DNA of 64,000 nt from the NCBI GenBank assembly GCA_977017645.1, contig OZ360238.1, forward strand, positions 27,156,001-27,220,000. Direction: 5' to 3'. Source of the DNA: Torpedo marmorata (Eukaryota). This document shows positions 12,140 to 24,469 of this stretch, one piece after another. Numbering within the stretch: position 1 is the first letter of the stretch; every line of letters begins with the position of its first letter. Below the pieces are notes generated by a model. It did no database searches. It worked only from the letters and a program-made list of their open reading frames with translations, and was not told the origin of the DNA. A program made the translations under genes and the position numbers.

Positions 12140-12567
12140 CCGCTGTGCACAGTCACTACTTTCAAGCTCAATTCTAGAACTCTGGTGTACAAAGAAACAT
12201 TCAAAGTGACCGATGAATCATCACAGCCTGCTTCTTCCTGTGCCTGTTTTTTAATTTCACAAGCTTGTGTGTCTTTTAAATCAGTCTGTGCCTGTGGTTT
12301 AATTTCACAAGCTTTTGTGTCTTTTAAATCAATCTGTCCAGTATTTTCTTCACTGGCAAAGTTTTTAGACATAACTTTTAAATCAGTTTGCTCAGCCTTT
12401 TCTTTGCTGGCTACAATTCCCCATTCAGCTTCAAACTTAATTGGGTACTTTAAATTACCTTCTGACACAAAAGGTTTACATTCCTTCCTAATTTTACAAC
12501 AATCCCTTCTTTACTTCCCTGTTTTCCATCTCCTTGAATACAAGCATCTGGTAGTGTTTTCTGTTCT

Positions 12568-13322
12568 CTATTTCTCTTCAAGAAAAAAACAATTGTCTAC
12601 CACATGACCATGTTTCTTACAATAGTTACAAAATAAACCAAAATGTTTTCCCTTATTTTGGTACTTAATGTTACCCTTCTGAAAAAATTTGTTGGGCACA
12701 AATTTCACATTGTGATCCTCATCTGCAAATGTATCAGAATTTTGACCCTTTTTAAAAGTTTCGCTTGACTTTAATTTAAGATCTGGATTTAAATCATACT
12801 CATTTGCAAATACTGCAAAATCTGACCAAGTTTCCATTTCTCTCATTTCTATTTCAAACCTCTGTTTTTTTTCTGCTTCTCTCCTTTTATCTTCAAACTC
12901 CCTTTGCCTTTGGGCTTCCTCAGCTGTACGTTTTTCTAATTCTGGCTCAAACTGCCTCCGCCTTTCAGCTTCCTCTAGCTCTAATTTCCTTGTTTTGAAC
13001 TCTAGCTCCTTTACACGTGGTTCAATCTCCATTCTATGTCTCTCTAACTCAACCTGTTCCATCTGTACCTGCTGCTTAAAAGGTTTACCCTCAGTTAATG
13101 GTTGCAGTTAACCCTCTGCAACTCTGCAGAGCTTGGCCATTCCAAAAGCTTATCAAGTCTCACTTGGAAAGTTTCACTTGGCCCACACTTAGTTTTGAGG
13201 TTTAAAACATAATCATCTGCAATTTTTGCAGACTTTGACCAAGTCTCCACTTTCAAATCTACACCACTTGGTGTGACCAAACATTTACCAAAACCCATTG
13301 CTGCTGTTTTGTTTACACACAC
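12568..13322 (-). pseudogene. gag: Gag remnant (coiled-coil region and CCHC knuckle)
   Basis: E/R/K-rich coiled coil; CNYCKKHGHVVDNC zinc knuckle; frameshifted. Confidence 0.8.
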
Positions 13323-13365
13323 ACAATAAGCCTTTTAATTAGCTTTCAAAAAGATTTTTGGTTAA

Positions 13366-13383
13366 ATCGTGAACGAGCCCCCA
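13366..13383 (-). other. Primer-binding site, tRNA-Pro type (degenerate)
   Basis: Minus strand tgggggctcgttcacgat versus canonical tRNA-Pro PBS TGGGGGCTCGTCCGGGAT, 4 nt after the 5' LTR. Confidence 0.8.
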
Positions 13384-13387
13384 ATTT

Positions 13388-14520
13388 TGTTATGAACTAA
13401 CAAACCCTGTTAGTACTAACAAAGGAACAGCAATGGAATATGCACCAGACAATGGTAAATTCAAAAATAGTTTTTATTTAAAACTGTTAATAACATAACA
13501 TATCTTACTTATCTCTAAACTTAACTCTAACTTAAACCCCACTATGTGCAAATGTAAATGTGTGTGTGTTAAAGTCCAAACTATTTCAATTTAAACTTAA
13601 ATCTGGAAAAGTAAATTTTTAAAGTCCAGTTTCCAACTTCTTTTGTTGAACTTCAGGATCCCTTTAAATTGTGATTCAGAAGTTATTATGAAGCAAGAAT
13701 GGAGTATTCAATTTCTTTCAAACTCACACGTCTTTTGATGAGTTGTCTTTCAGAGATAGTCTTCATACGAGTGTGTTCACAAGTTTCCCCCTATCTTGTT
13801 AGGGTTACGGAACTGTGATCTTCACGATGATTTCTTTCTTAATCAGGAGTAACATACGGTGATGTCCTCTTTTTTTAGAAACAATTTGAAAGTGGTCTTA
13901 TTTATTTTATAAGCCACTTATATGGTGTATCTCCTATGATAAGGATAATACACAGAAACAGCACCTCCATCCACTCAAAGTTCTTCAGACTTTTTCTTTG
14001 TGCTTCCAAAGTGCCAGAGTTTCTTCAGTCTGGTGCAATCTGTTTCCAAATGTCTCTCTGCTTTCCTTATATATTTCTGACATCATGTGACATTACATCA
14101 CCACAGTTTTAGTTTCATTTTCAAAAGTATTACCTCATGCCTTTCTTCAAAATCACTTACATCCACAAAAACATCTGATCTCATCTCTGTTCCAAGATTA
14201 TAAGTGATTACGACTCTGAATAGTCTGGCACATGTCACTCAAATGGCACTTGAGTTTACAACAGCTGCTATCATAAGGCTTTTAAAAACCACACATTGTC
14301 CTTAAATCACTTAAATGCACTTCTGTTTCATTATTGGTTTTTGTCTTCTTAGATGCGGCGACTCCAAACTGAACTCTCTCTCTGAGTAATGTTTTTTCCT
14401 TCTGCAAATGTGCTGTGACCTGTCTGTGACCCTGTACCAGCCCACAACTAACCTTACTAAGATATATAATTCTATAACTTATCTTTAAATATTAATATTA
14501 ACATTAACACATCCGTTACA
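13388..14520 (-). repeat. 5' LTR
   Basis: tgttatgaac...cgttaca; direct repeat of 7603-8757 with scattered substitutions and indels. Confidence 0.95.
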
Positions 14521-15226
14521 GAGGTCCTCAAATGACTATGTCACCATAATGTAAAAGGCAAATTAAGAACGCCCTGCGCAGTTTAACCTGAAGTTATGGG
14601 ACAGAAAGTGGATGCCAGTGATTTACAAATTGCCAAGAACAAAGTTGAAGTTATTGACCAGGAAATATGGCAAAGCAAAGATCCTTTTTGGGTACGGTCC
14701 AGTATTTCTTGAGATGCTTTCTAGATTTGGCAATGGTGTAGACAATCATAACATACTGGTATCGGCCAGGTACTGACATGAGGTAGCTTTCACAAGAATT
14801 TAAGAGAGTCTAGTTTGATTATTGTCAGTAGAGCAACAACAACTGTCTAGCCTTATTGGTTCACACTCAAAATGGACTGAGCTTAGCATGTGTCACCATG
14901 TGGGACAGCTAAATGTATAAATGCGGAGCTGAGATCAATTTTTTGTGATACCTGGAGCTCACTACTTATCTGTTTGAATGCTTTATGATCAGGATCAATA
15001 ACAAGCACCTTACCATTCAGCCTTTCATAGTGCAGTTGAAAGGTCTACTGTTTTCTGAAAGAAGTTTTAAAGAGACGTCGTTTCCAAGGATTTTGAAATG
15101 TAATGATGAATCATCACTTACTAAAGTTTTGTTGAAGTATTGTACAATGTCACATTCCACCAGAGCCGTCATGCATCACAGTCTTTAACCACACGAGTCC
15201 ACAACAGGCTTGGTTGAATGAGAGAG

Positions 15227-15343
15227 CCATAGAACCACAGAACACTACAGCACAGAAACAGGCAGTTTGGCTGTGCTGAACTATTATTCTGCCTCGTTCG
15301 GTTTACCTGCACCCAGACCAAAGCCCTCCATACCCCTCCCATC
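15227..15343 (-). mobile_element. CR1 3' tail fragment
   Basis: catagaaccacagaacactacagcacagaaacaggc...ccctccatacccctccc is the reverse complement of a CR1 3' UTR. Confidence 0.65.
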
Positions 15344-16155
15344 CAAGGTTCAAGGTTCAATGTACCTTTTATTGTCACGTAATAATACATAAAAATGTAA
15401 TATACTGTACATGATATACTTTAACTTTTGTCTGCTGTAAGGCAAATAAAGAGTCACTATGAGCATTGCCCGGTCCCCATAACAATAGGAGAAAGAGAGG
15501 CAAAAGAGAGTTCCTTTAGAGACACTGAGTGCCCATAGATTTGCCTCCAGTGCTCCCACAGGCTCTACAGCTGCACAGACTCCTGTTCAATCCATTGGCA
15601 ACCCAAGCTCCAGATCCAAACCTCTGATACGATCAGAAAGCCTTCAGCGCCTGAGGCCCTTCAGGAGCCTTTCTTGCCCTCAAATCCCAGTTCCGATACC
15701 TGGTTCCCATGAGCCAGCCTCCAGCAGCCCGCAGCCTGTGGGGGGGGGGGTCACCCACACGTTGCCCACAGCCTGTTGTGTCCCTCAGCCACTGAGCCCT
15801 TCGCTGGTCCACCGCTGTGGTCATCGTCCTGTAGGATCGTCTCCGCTCCTTCTCCTTCTCATCGAGGAGTGTTCTCCCCGTTTATGGTACACTGCGCCGA
15901 TCCACTGCTCCCCGGAGTCTGCAACCACTCATGGCCTCTGCCAAGCACAGGCACCGTCATCTTCGGCACAGACCCATGGTTGTAGGATTTCACTTAAAAA
16001 CACTGTTGGGTCCTTTAACAGGCCATTTAAAGCCTGTACAGAGCCGTCAGCATTAGGACTGGGTGGATGAACCCTTTGGAGCAGCGCTGTGTCTCCGCTC
16101 ACCGCTCTCCTGGGTCTGTCTCTGCGGCAGTGCTGCCGTTAGAGCAGCTCTGGCA
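15344..16155 (-). mobile_element. Longest copy of non-coding retroposon family X (~810 bp)
   Basis: GC-rich body homologous to 11335-11767. Tail gtgacaataaaaggtacattgaaccttgaaccttg. No recognisable ORF. 5' boundary approximate. Confidence 0.75.
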
Positions 16156-17737
16156 GGGGTTGTGTTCTCCTGATTTTTTTCCCACCTTTTATTTTGGGAC
16201 TATAGAGCGCAGTTCTAGATTCGTCAGCCATCCTCTGTGCATGAATCCTGTTGTGCCTTCTACAGTTAAAGGTTGAGTACAGTGATCGTTGCTGCTCCCC
16301 ACAGTTTTTCTTGGATTGCTTGCACAGTGGTGGTGAAGCCCTTGTACTTCCTGATGGATAGAGTCTGAGTTGTCTCACTGGGGGAAGCTGTTTGGCATAT
16401 GAGAGGATGCAGTGGAGGATTCTTTTTGGTGACTTTCCCTGTGAAAAACGGGAAGGAAACCTTTTGATAACCCCTGCAATCTGACACAGATCCTTTCTTG
16501 AAAGGGGATTATGATCACATTGTCTCAGAAGTGTCCTGGCTTCTGTTCCTGAGAGGAGGAATTTGCATCAGGAACCCTTCTGTGCCATAAGTGAACCCTT
16601 CAAAGAGATTTTGTCTGCTCATGGGGGTACAACCTCTTCCATCGCTGAGGTAGGCCCAATCTACCACACACAAAATCTCGGGCCTTACCAAAAACAGAAC
16701 CCTCCCTTGACCCATCCCAACCTATCTCATCCTACCCCTACACAGCATCACTTCAATCTGCTCCAATATCTTTGCTAGTATTAGCAAGAATGTACTGTGA
16801 TTCTGTCAAATGACCAACCTTGAAGGTTTGACTTTTCACTTCATTTGTACATCATTTAAATCAGCAGATTTAAATTATGCTTTACAGCAGAAAAAACAGA
16901 CAAAATCAGCTATGTTCTGAAGTGATTAGACTTAAAAGGAATTAATTTATGTCTTCAAAATCTATGAAACCAGGAAGTCCCACCTTAAACTAATGCAATT
17001 TGTTATTACAATAAGACCTGATGAGTTTCTTTGACACCCTGTTAACTCTGAAACAATTTATGTTATGAAAATAAGTATCAAAGGTTGTAAGTATCATAAG
17101 AGCCCTGAAGTGACTGGAACAGAAATACAAGGTTTAAGCTGGTTTACTTGAGTGGAACTAATGACAGGGTGATTGTAACAGTATAATTAATGTGCGATCA
17201 ACACACACCTGGTAAGAGACGAAATATCAGCTCTAAGCTACTGCCAGTGCTGCGCTAATGAGCCGAAGTTATAAACGAATCAACAGAACATTAACACAAA
17301 AGGTTCTTTGCTGGTAGAATTTTCCTGCCCTTTCACTTCTGCGCTGGAAATCACTTCTTCCAACAATGTCCAGAGCCAGGGTTTTGGTTTCTACGTGCTT
17401 CAGAGTGGTGACTGAAATGTCCTTCTTTTAAAGAAAATGTGAAACAGCATTCTAAGAGGAGGGCCTGTGGGAGAATCTGACTTCATTGAAAACATTAAGC
17501 AACATTTTTCTGTCTTAACAACTGTGCCAACTACTCGACATGAAATGATTGTAGAGGCATACGCAACAATTTAAATTTGATTGATTTTGAAAGGACATAT
17601 TTAGCAGTGATAAATTGTATGCATTGATGTGATTACTAAGCAGGGGTGGAGTTTGGAGGTGGGACCATGCCCGGTCTCTACACACCCTTGGTGAACAAAT
17701 GCGGAACAATGGCACAAGAAGCTTGACAGTCTGTACA

Positions 17738-17832
17738 AACAACAAGAAGCTGGAGAGACTCAACAGGTCAGGCAGCATCCGTGGGGAGGAATGGTCAGGC
17801 AATGTTTCAGGTCAGAACCCCTTATCGTGACT
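17738..17832. mobile_element. Penelope-like terminal-repeat fragment
   Basis: gctggagagactcaacaggtcaggcagcatc motif, shared with 26179-26324, 34600-34850, 39834-39980 and 48725-48876. Confidence 0.55.
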
Positions 17833-17964
17833 GCCATCTTGACATGCTGCTTGGATGCATGCGGTCTCAGATTGTCCACATCTTCTTGCATATCAAACCA
17901 TGTGACATTTTTTCAGATTTCAGAGATGAATGCCTGGAGCTTGCAGTGGTCATGGATGATCCTG

Positions 17965-19135
17965 TTAGCTCAACCCTATTTTCCTGCACTGTCCCTTGAT
18001 TCCCTTAATATCCCCAAAACAATCTCTTTTGAATGAACTCAGTGACTAAATCTTCATGGCTCTTGGGGTTGAGGATTCTAAAGATTCACAACCCTCTGCG
18101 TCAGGAAATTTCTTCTTAATTAGAGATTCAAGATTCCTTTATTTTCATGTAATTATACAGAACATATAATATTACACAAATTTGCCTTCTGCCTGCCGTA
18201 AGGCAGACAAAGAGTCGCCATTAGTGTCGTCCCTTACAGTACGAGAGAAAGAGAAACAAAAGAGTCCTACATCTTATTCTAAGGCTGAAGCTGTAAGTCC
18301 TGAAAGATCTTCCCTGCATCAGCCTGTGGAGCCCTGTCAGAATTCTGTAAGCTTCAGCGGTCTTCTACCATCTGGAGAACACAGTCCCAGTACACTCAAT
18401 CTCTCCTAATATAGCAATTATGCAAAGCTTGGAATCAGTTTAGTGAGCTCTTGCTGCACTCTCCCTCAACATGGCCCAAACATTTTTAAATATAAAGGTG
18501 CATACAATACTTCATATGCAATCTCACCAAGGTCATTTATAATTGCAGTAAAACATTTTTTATTCAAATGCTCTTGTGATACAGGTCATATTCCATTTGC
18601 CTCCTTAATCACTTGCCACACTTGGATATTGGCTTTCAGTGATCTGTGTACAAGGACGCCAAGGTACCTTTCAACATCAACATTTCTCAGTCTCATACCA
18701 TTTAAAATTACTCTTTTCTATTTCATACTTTTTCACAATCTGCTGTCCTTTCCCACTACTCAGTTTGTCTATATCCTCTTTACACCCTCCTCTCTATCAC
18801 AATCCCAGTGAGTTTTGATATATCTGTGCCTGGCACTCTTTGCTTTCAAGCTAATGACTAATAACTTTCAATTCTCATTCCAAGTCAGTATATAAAGCCC
18901 CATTCCCTGTGCTTTCCCTTGTTGACCAACTTCTGGTATGAGACTTTATCGAAAGACTTTAAAATTTTCCATTCACCGGGTCCCCTTGGCTATTCTTCTG
19001 GTTACATCCTCAAAAAACTGCACCGAATTAGTCAAATATGATTTTTCTTTCATAAATCCATGCTGACTCCACTCAGTCCTATCATTCTTTCCAAGGTGTC
19101 CGCTACTGCACACTTCATGATAGATTGCAGCATTT
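17965..19135 (-). mobile_element. Decayed CR1 LINE containing a family-X 3' fragment (18124-18270)
   Basis: SQHGFMKEKSYLTNSVQFFEDVT (CR1 RT) at 18973-19158. gattcaagattcctttattttcatgtaat tail of family X. Confidence 0.75.
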
Positions 19136-20009
19136 CCATACGACTGATGATAGGTCAACAGATTGGTTGTTCCCTGTTATCCTTCACCTTCCTTTCTGTA
19201 ATAGTGCAGGTATACTCATTTACTACTGCAGACCAGTATTTGGACATATAAGTTCCACTGCCTGGATTTAACATGCAAGGGATAATCTGTGCTTCCTTGG
19301 ATATCTCTGCTTGAAGTGAGCGCAGCCTGGAGAATCAACGCTGGCTCTGATTCCCAACTCACTTCCAGTCCTGCTCGTTTCATGAGTGCTCCCTGCCAAG
19401 AGTGCAGCACCAAGGATTTTATCCTCTCCATAACATGCGGAAGGTGTGCATTAATTGTAAGAGTAAAAGTTTTTTCATCCTGCTGAGGAAATCTCAGACA
19501 AATCAAATGGAACACACTCAGTGTGCTTGAGATAGACCCCAACAGTGACGCTGAATAGTTGTCATTTTACATCCCATCTCATTGAAATCAATGGAAATGA
19601 AGAGCACCAAATATATAAATGGACATTTCAACCTCTGTTATGATTTCACAACACACAAAGCCAAAGTCTGCATTCTGATGTTTGGAAACAGCAAAAATTC
19701 ACCTCAATACTGTTTATGCACAGATTCCTTACAAATATTAACAGAAATTGGTTGTGCTTTTAAAAAAAATATATTTTATTTAAAATTTTTGAATCACAGA
19801 ATACATAATATAAAATGCAAAATTATCAAAATACATGTGATACATTTTCACCCCCCCTCCCTCCCTCCCTCCCCTCTCTAACCATCCCGAAAAGAAAGAG
19901 AGAAAGAAAGAAAAAGATAGAGTAAGGAGAATGTCAATCTAAAAAAGAACAACTATAAACTGAATTTATTGTGGAAGATAGGTTCGCCAGTCAGATCTGA
20001 TATCCAGAG

Positions 20010-23000
20010 ATCTTCAAATCCTTAAACCAACAGTTTTTATATATGGGCTCCATATTTTAAAATAAGAAATGGTATTTATTACGTAAATTATAAGTAATTT
20101 TTTCAAGTGGTATACATGAACGAAGTTCTGCATGCCATCTTTCTAACCCTAAATCTACATCAGATTTCCAAGTAATAGTAATGCATTTCTTAGAAACAGC
20201 TAAAGCAATTTGCAAAAATTCTATTTGATACATATTTAATTTCATCTTAATACTAATTCTTTTAATATCACCAAACAAAAATATCATAGGGTCCATTGGA
20301 AGTGTAATACTTAATACTTTATCTAAAAATTTTTAAACTTTCAACCAAAAATCATATATCTTTGGGCAGAACCATGTAGAATGTACAAAAGAACCTTCCT
20401 CTCTATCACATCTAAAACATAAACCAGATAATGTCGGATTAAATTTCTTTAATTTTTTAGGTGTTAAATATAATTGGGGAAAAAAATTATATTGCACTAA
20501 TCTATATCTAACGTTAATAATCTTCATCATACTTAATTTACATAATTCTTTCCAATGATCTTCATCTATTGTTACATTCAAATCTGATTCCCATTCTAAT
20601 CTTGATTTATGAATTCCTACTTTAGGCATTTTTCTCTATAACAATCTATACATTTGAGAAATAAATTTATTTACACCTCCATTAGTAACTAATAATTGCA
20701 GTTCACATTGTCTTGGTAAAATCAAACTGTAATCCAGCTTTTCAACTAAAAATGCTCTGATTTGATAATAAGCAAAAAGTGTATTATTTAATACATTAAA
20801 CTTTTCTTTCATTCTTTGAAAAGTAATAAATTTACTAGCTTCAAAACAATCATTTACTTTCTTACTTCCCTTTTGGAACCAAATCTTAAATAATTGATTA
20901 TCAACAGTAAATGGAATGTTTATTTTGATATAAAGGCATATTTCGAGAAATTAACCCTTTCCCTCCTATCTCCCTATCCACTCTATTCCATATTTCTAAC
21001 AAATGTTTAAAAAAAGGAGAATTCTTCCCTCTTATTAATAATAATTTAGAATTACATATATAAATAACTTCTTCTTTCAAATCTTCTCCTATATTATTTA
21101 ATTCTATTCTAATCCAAGCAGAAGATTTTCCTAAATCAAACATTTCATTAACAAATTTTAATTGAGCTGCTTTATAATAATTTTGAAAATTAGGAAGTTG
21201 TAAACCACCCATTTCATAATTCCAAGTTAATTTCTCCACACCTACTCTAGCCAACTTTCCTTTCCACAAAAACGTCCTAATAATTAAATTTAAATCTTTA
21301 AAGAATTTCAGAGGAATTTCGTAAGGAATTGATTGGAAAAGATATTGAATTCTTGGAAAACATTCATTTTAATACAGTTTACCCTTCCTATTAAAGTTAT
21401 AGGTAAATCCTTCCAACTTTCTAAATCTTTTTTAATTTTCATAAATAATGGTAAATAATTTAATTTATATAAATTAGCTAATTTTGTATCAATCTTTATT
21501 CCCAAATATTTAATTCCTTCCTTTGACCATTTAAATTGTGTAATTTCTTTACAATTACTGTAATCCCCTTGTGCCAAAGCCATAATTATACTTTTATCAG
21601 AATTAATTTTATAACCAGATATTTCCCCGTATTCTTTCAATAAAACATTCAATTGTATTAAAAAAGTACTAGGGTTTGTCATATAAATCAATACACCATC
21701 TGCAAATAAACTAATTTTATGCTCTTCTCTTCCAACTTTAATACCTGCAATCTTAATATCTTGTCTAATTAATTCTGCCAAAGGTTCTATTGCTAAAATA
21801 AACAATGCTGGCGACAAAGGGCATTCTTGTCTAGTTGACCTCGTCAACGAAAATTTTGAAGAAATTTGTCCATTTGTCACCACTCTAGCAGAAGGTTCTT
21901 TATAAATAGTTTTAATCCAATTAATAAAAGTAGTTCCAAAACCAAATTTCCCCAAGACTTTAAATAAATAATTCCATTCTAATCTATCAAAAGCCTTTTC
22001 AGCATCTAATGTTAATACTAGTGCTAATTCCTCTTTCTTTTGTGCCACATTTATTAAACTAATTAATCTAGCTATATTATCTTTTGAATATCTATTCTTA
22101 ATAAAGCCAGTTTGATCTACATGGATTAAATCTGGTAAATATTTAGCCACTCTATTTGCTAAAATTATTGTCATTATCTTATAATCCACATTTAACAATG
22201 AAATTGGTCTATATGATTCTGTTTTCAACACATCTCTATCTTTTTTAGGTATAACTGTAATTATTGCATTTGAAAATGTTTCCGGTAACGAGTGAGTTTC
22301 CGTTATTTGTTTCAACACCTCCATATATGGAGGTATCAATAAATCCTTAAACTCCTTATAAAATTCTGATGGTAAACCATCCTCCCCTGAAGATTTTCCA
22401 CTCGTTAAAGAACTAAGAACATCATTGACTTCCCTCATCGAGAACGACAAATCTAAGAGTTCTTTACTTTGAGTATTTAATCTAGCCAACTTAATTTTAG
22501 ATAGAAATTCATTAATTTTAGAATCATCTTTATCAATTTGGGATTTATATAAATTTAAATAAAATTCCTTAAAGGAATCATTTATTTCTCGAGGTTTATA
22601 TGTTATTTTCTTTGAATTCTTTTTAATGGCATTTATAGTTCTAGAAGTTTGTTCTTTCTTTAATTGCCACGCCAACACTTTATGCACTCTTTCTCCCAGT
22701 TCATAATATCTTTGCTTAGTTCTTTCAATTAATTTTTCCATTTTATATGTTTGTAACGTATTATAATGAAATTTTTTTCCAATTAAAATTTCCTCTTTTC
22801 TTGTGATTTCTTTTTTTGCAAATCCTTCTCCAAAAATTCAATCTCTCTCTCCAAATTATCCACCTCCCAAACATATTACTTCTTAATTTTTGCTGAATAA
22901 CTTATTATTTGGCCTCTTAAGTAAGCCTTTAAATCTTCCCAAATAATAAATTTATTATCAATCGAATTAGAATTAATCTGTAAAAATTCTTGAATTTCTC

Positions 23001-23807
23001 TTCTTATATAATTACAAAAATCCATTCTTTTTAATAAAGAGGAGTTAAATCTCCACCTATATATAATTTTTTATTTTTCTGGAATTATACATGACATTAA
23101 TAGAGGCGAATGATCAGAAATTATTCTTGCTTTATATTGTGCTTGAGTCACCCTATCTTCTACTTGTGAGGACGATAAAAACAATAAAAAATATCTATTC
23201 TAGAGTATGAATAATGTCTAAAAGAATAGAAAGAATAATCTTTTTCTCTTGGATTCAGCTTTCTCTAAATATCTATTAAATTTAAATCTTTCATCAAGAT
23301 AAGAATTCTTTTAGCAATTTTAGTTCTAATAATCGATTTCGATGTTTTATCCATTATTGGATCTAAACAACAATTAAAATCCCCACCAATTAAAATATTA
23401 TCATTAGCTTCTGACAAATGCATAAAGGAATCTTGAATAAATTGTTCATCTTCCATATTTGGTACATATATATTCATAAGTGTCCACATTTCTGAATATA
23501 TCTGAAAATGTATTAAAACATATCTACCTGCCACATCTGTAACCAGAGATTGTATTTTAAAAGGTAACTTTTTATTAACTAATATAGCAACTCCTTTTGC
23601 TTTAGAATTAAACGAAGATGCAACCACTTGACCAACCCATTCTCTTTTCAACTTCTGATGTTCTAAATCTGTCAAATTCGTCTCTTGTAAAAAAGCTATA
23701 TCTACATTCAACTTTTTAATATATGCTAAAGTTTTCTTCCTTTTAATCGGATAATTTAGCCCATTTATATTAATACTTACTACATTTATTGATTTACTAT
23801 CCGCCAT
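20010..23807 (-). pseudogene. ORF2: L1 ORF2, several stops and frameshifts
   Basis: ORF fragments 23265-23807, 21308-22741, 20901-21269, 20333-20629 and 20057-20296 are collinear with 856-4641. FADD is mutated to FADG. Confidence 0.93.
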
Positions 23808-23916
23808 TTCTAATTTTTAATATCTCTCTCTCCAACAGATCTACCAGCACCCTCTTCCACATTTGTAATCTATTTGACATCTCCTTAGAAAAAGAAAGAA
23901 AAAAGATAAAAAAGAA

Positions 23917-24290
23917 ACAATAGACAATAGACAATAGACAATAGGAGCTGGAGTAGGCCCTTCGGCCCGTCGAGCCAGCACCGCCATTTTACAGATCATG
24001 GCTGATCACTACTATCAGTACCCCTTACCAGCCTTATCCCCATAACCCTTAAATCCTCTGCCCATTAGAGTCTTATCTAACTCTCTTTTGAACATAATCA
24101 GCGAATCTGCCTCTACCACCCTCTGTGGCAGAGCATTCCACAGATTCACGCTTCTCTGGCTAAAGAAATTTTTCCTCATCTCCGTCCTAAAGGGCCTTCC
24201 CTGAATTCTTAAACTATGCCCTCTAGTCCTCGTCTCTCCCATCATTGGGAACAAGTAATCTGACTTCACCCTGTCTATCCCTTTGATAAG
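23917..24290 (-). mobile_element. CR1 3' fragment inserted in the L1 inter-ORF spacer
   Basis: (ctattgt)n tail; ORF RTRGHSLRIQGRPFRTEMRKNFFSQR. Confidence 0.9.
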
Positions 24291-24469
24291 TAAACACGAA
24301 AATCTGTAGACAATACTGGCATAATTACCCCAGTATTACCACCCTCCATTGCTCAGGAAGTGGCCCTCACCTCTAAGGTGATGTGTGACTAGGTAGGAGA
24401 AAAGAAAAAGTCCACCCCCACCCCCAACAGATTTTACACCACATTTATTATCATATCTTCATTTAGCTT

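Larger units (their letters stand above)
7603..14520 (-). mobile_element. Full-structure Gypsy LTR retrotransposon, Gmr1-like order gag-IN-RT-RH, defective
   Basis: Two similar ~1.15-kb LTRs with TG...CA ends. Perfect 5-bp TSD gaggt (7598-7602 / 14521-14525). PBS and PPT are both present. Confidence 0.95.

Noticed and set aside
16160-16700. Possible decayed LINE coding on the minus strand
   Set aside because: Too degenerate to assign to a family by eye.
17905-17970. Acceptor-like tttttcag followed by a short open frame, as a possible host exon
   Set aside because: No convincing donor site or recognisable protein; it lies between Penelope-like and CR1 debris.
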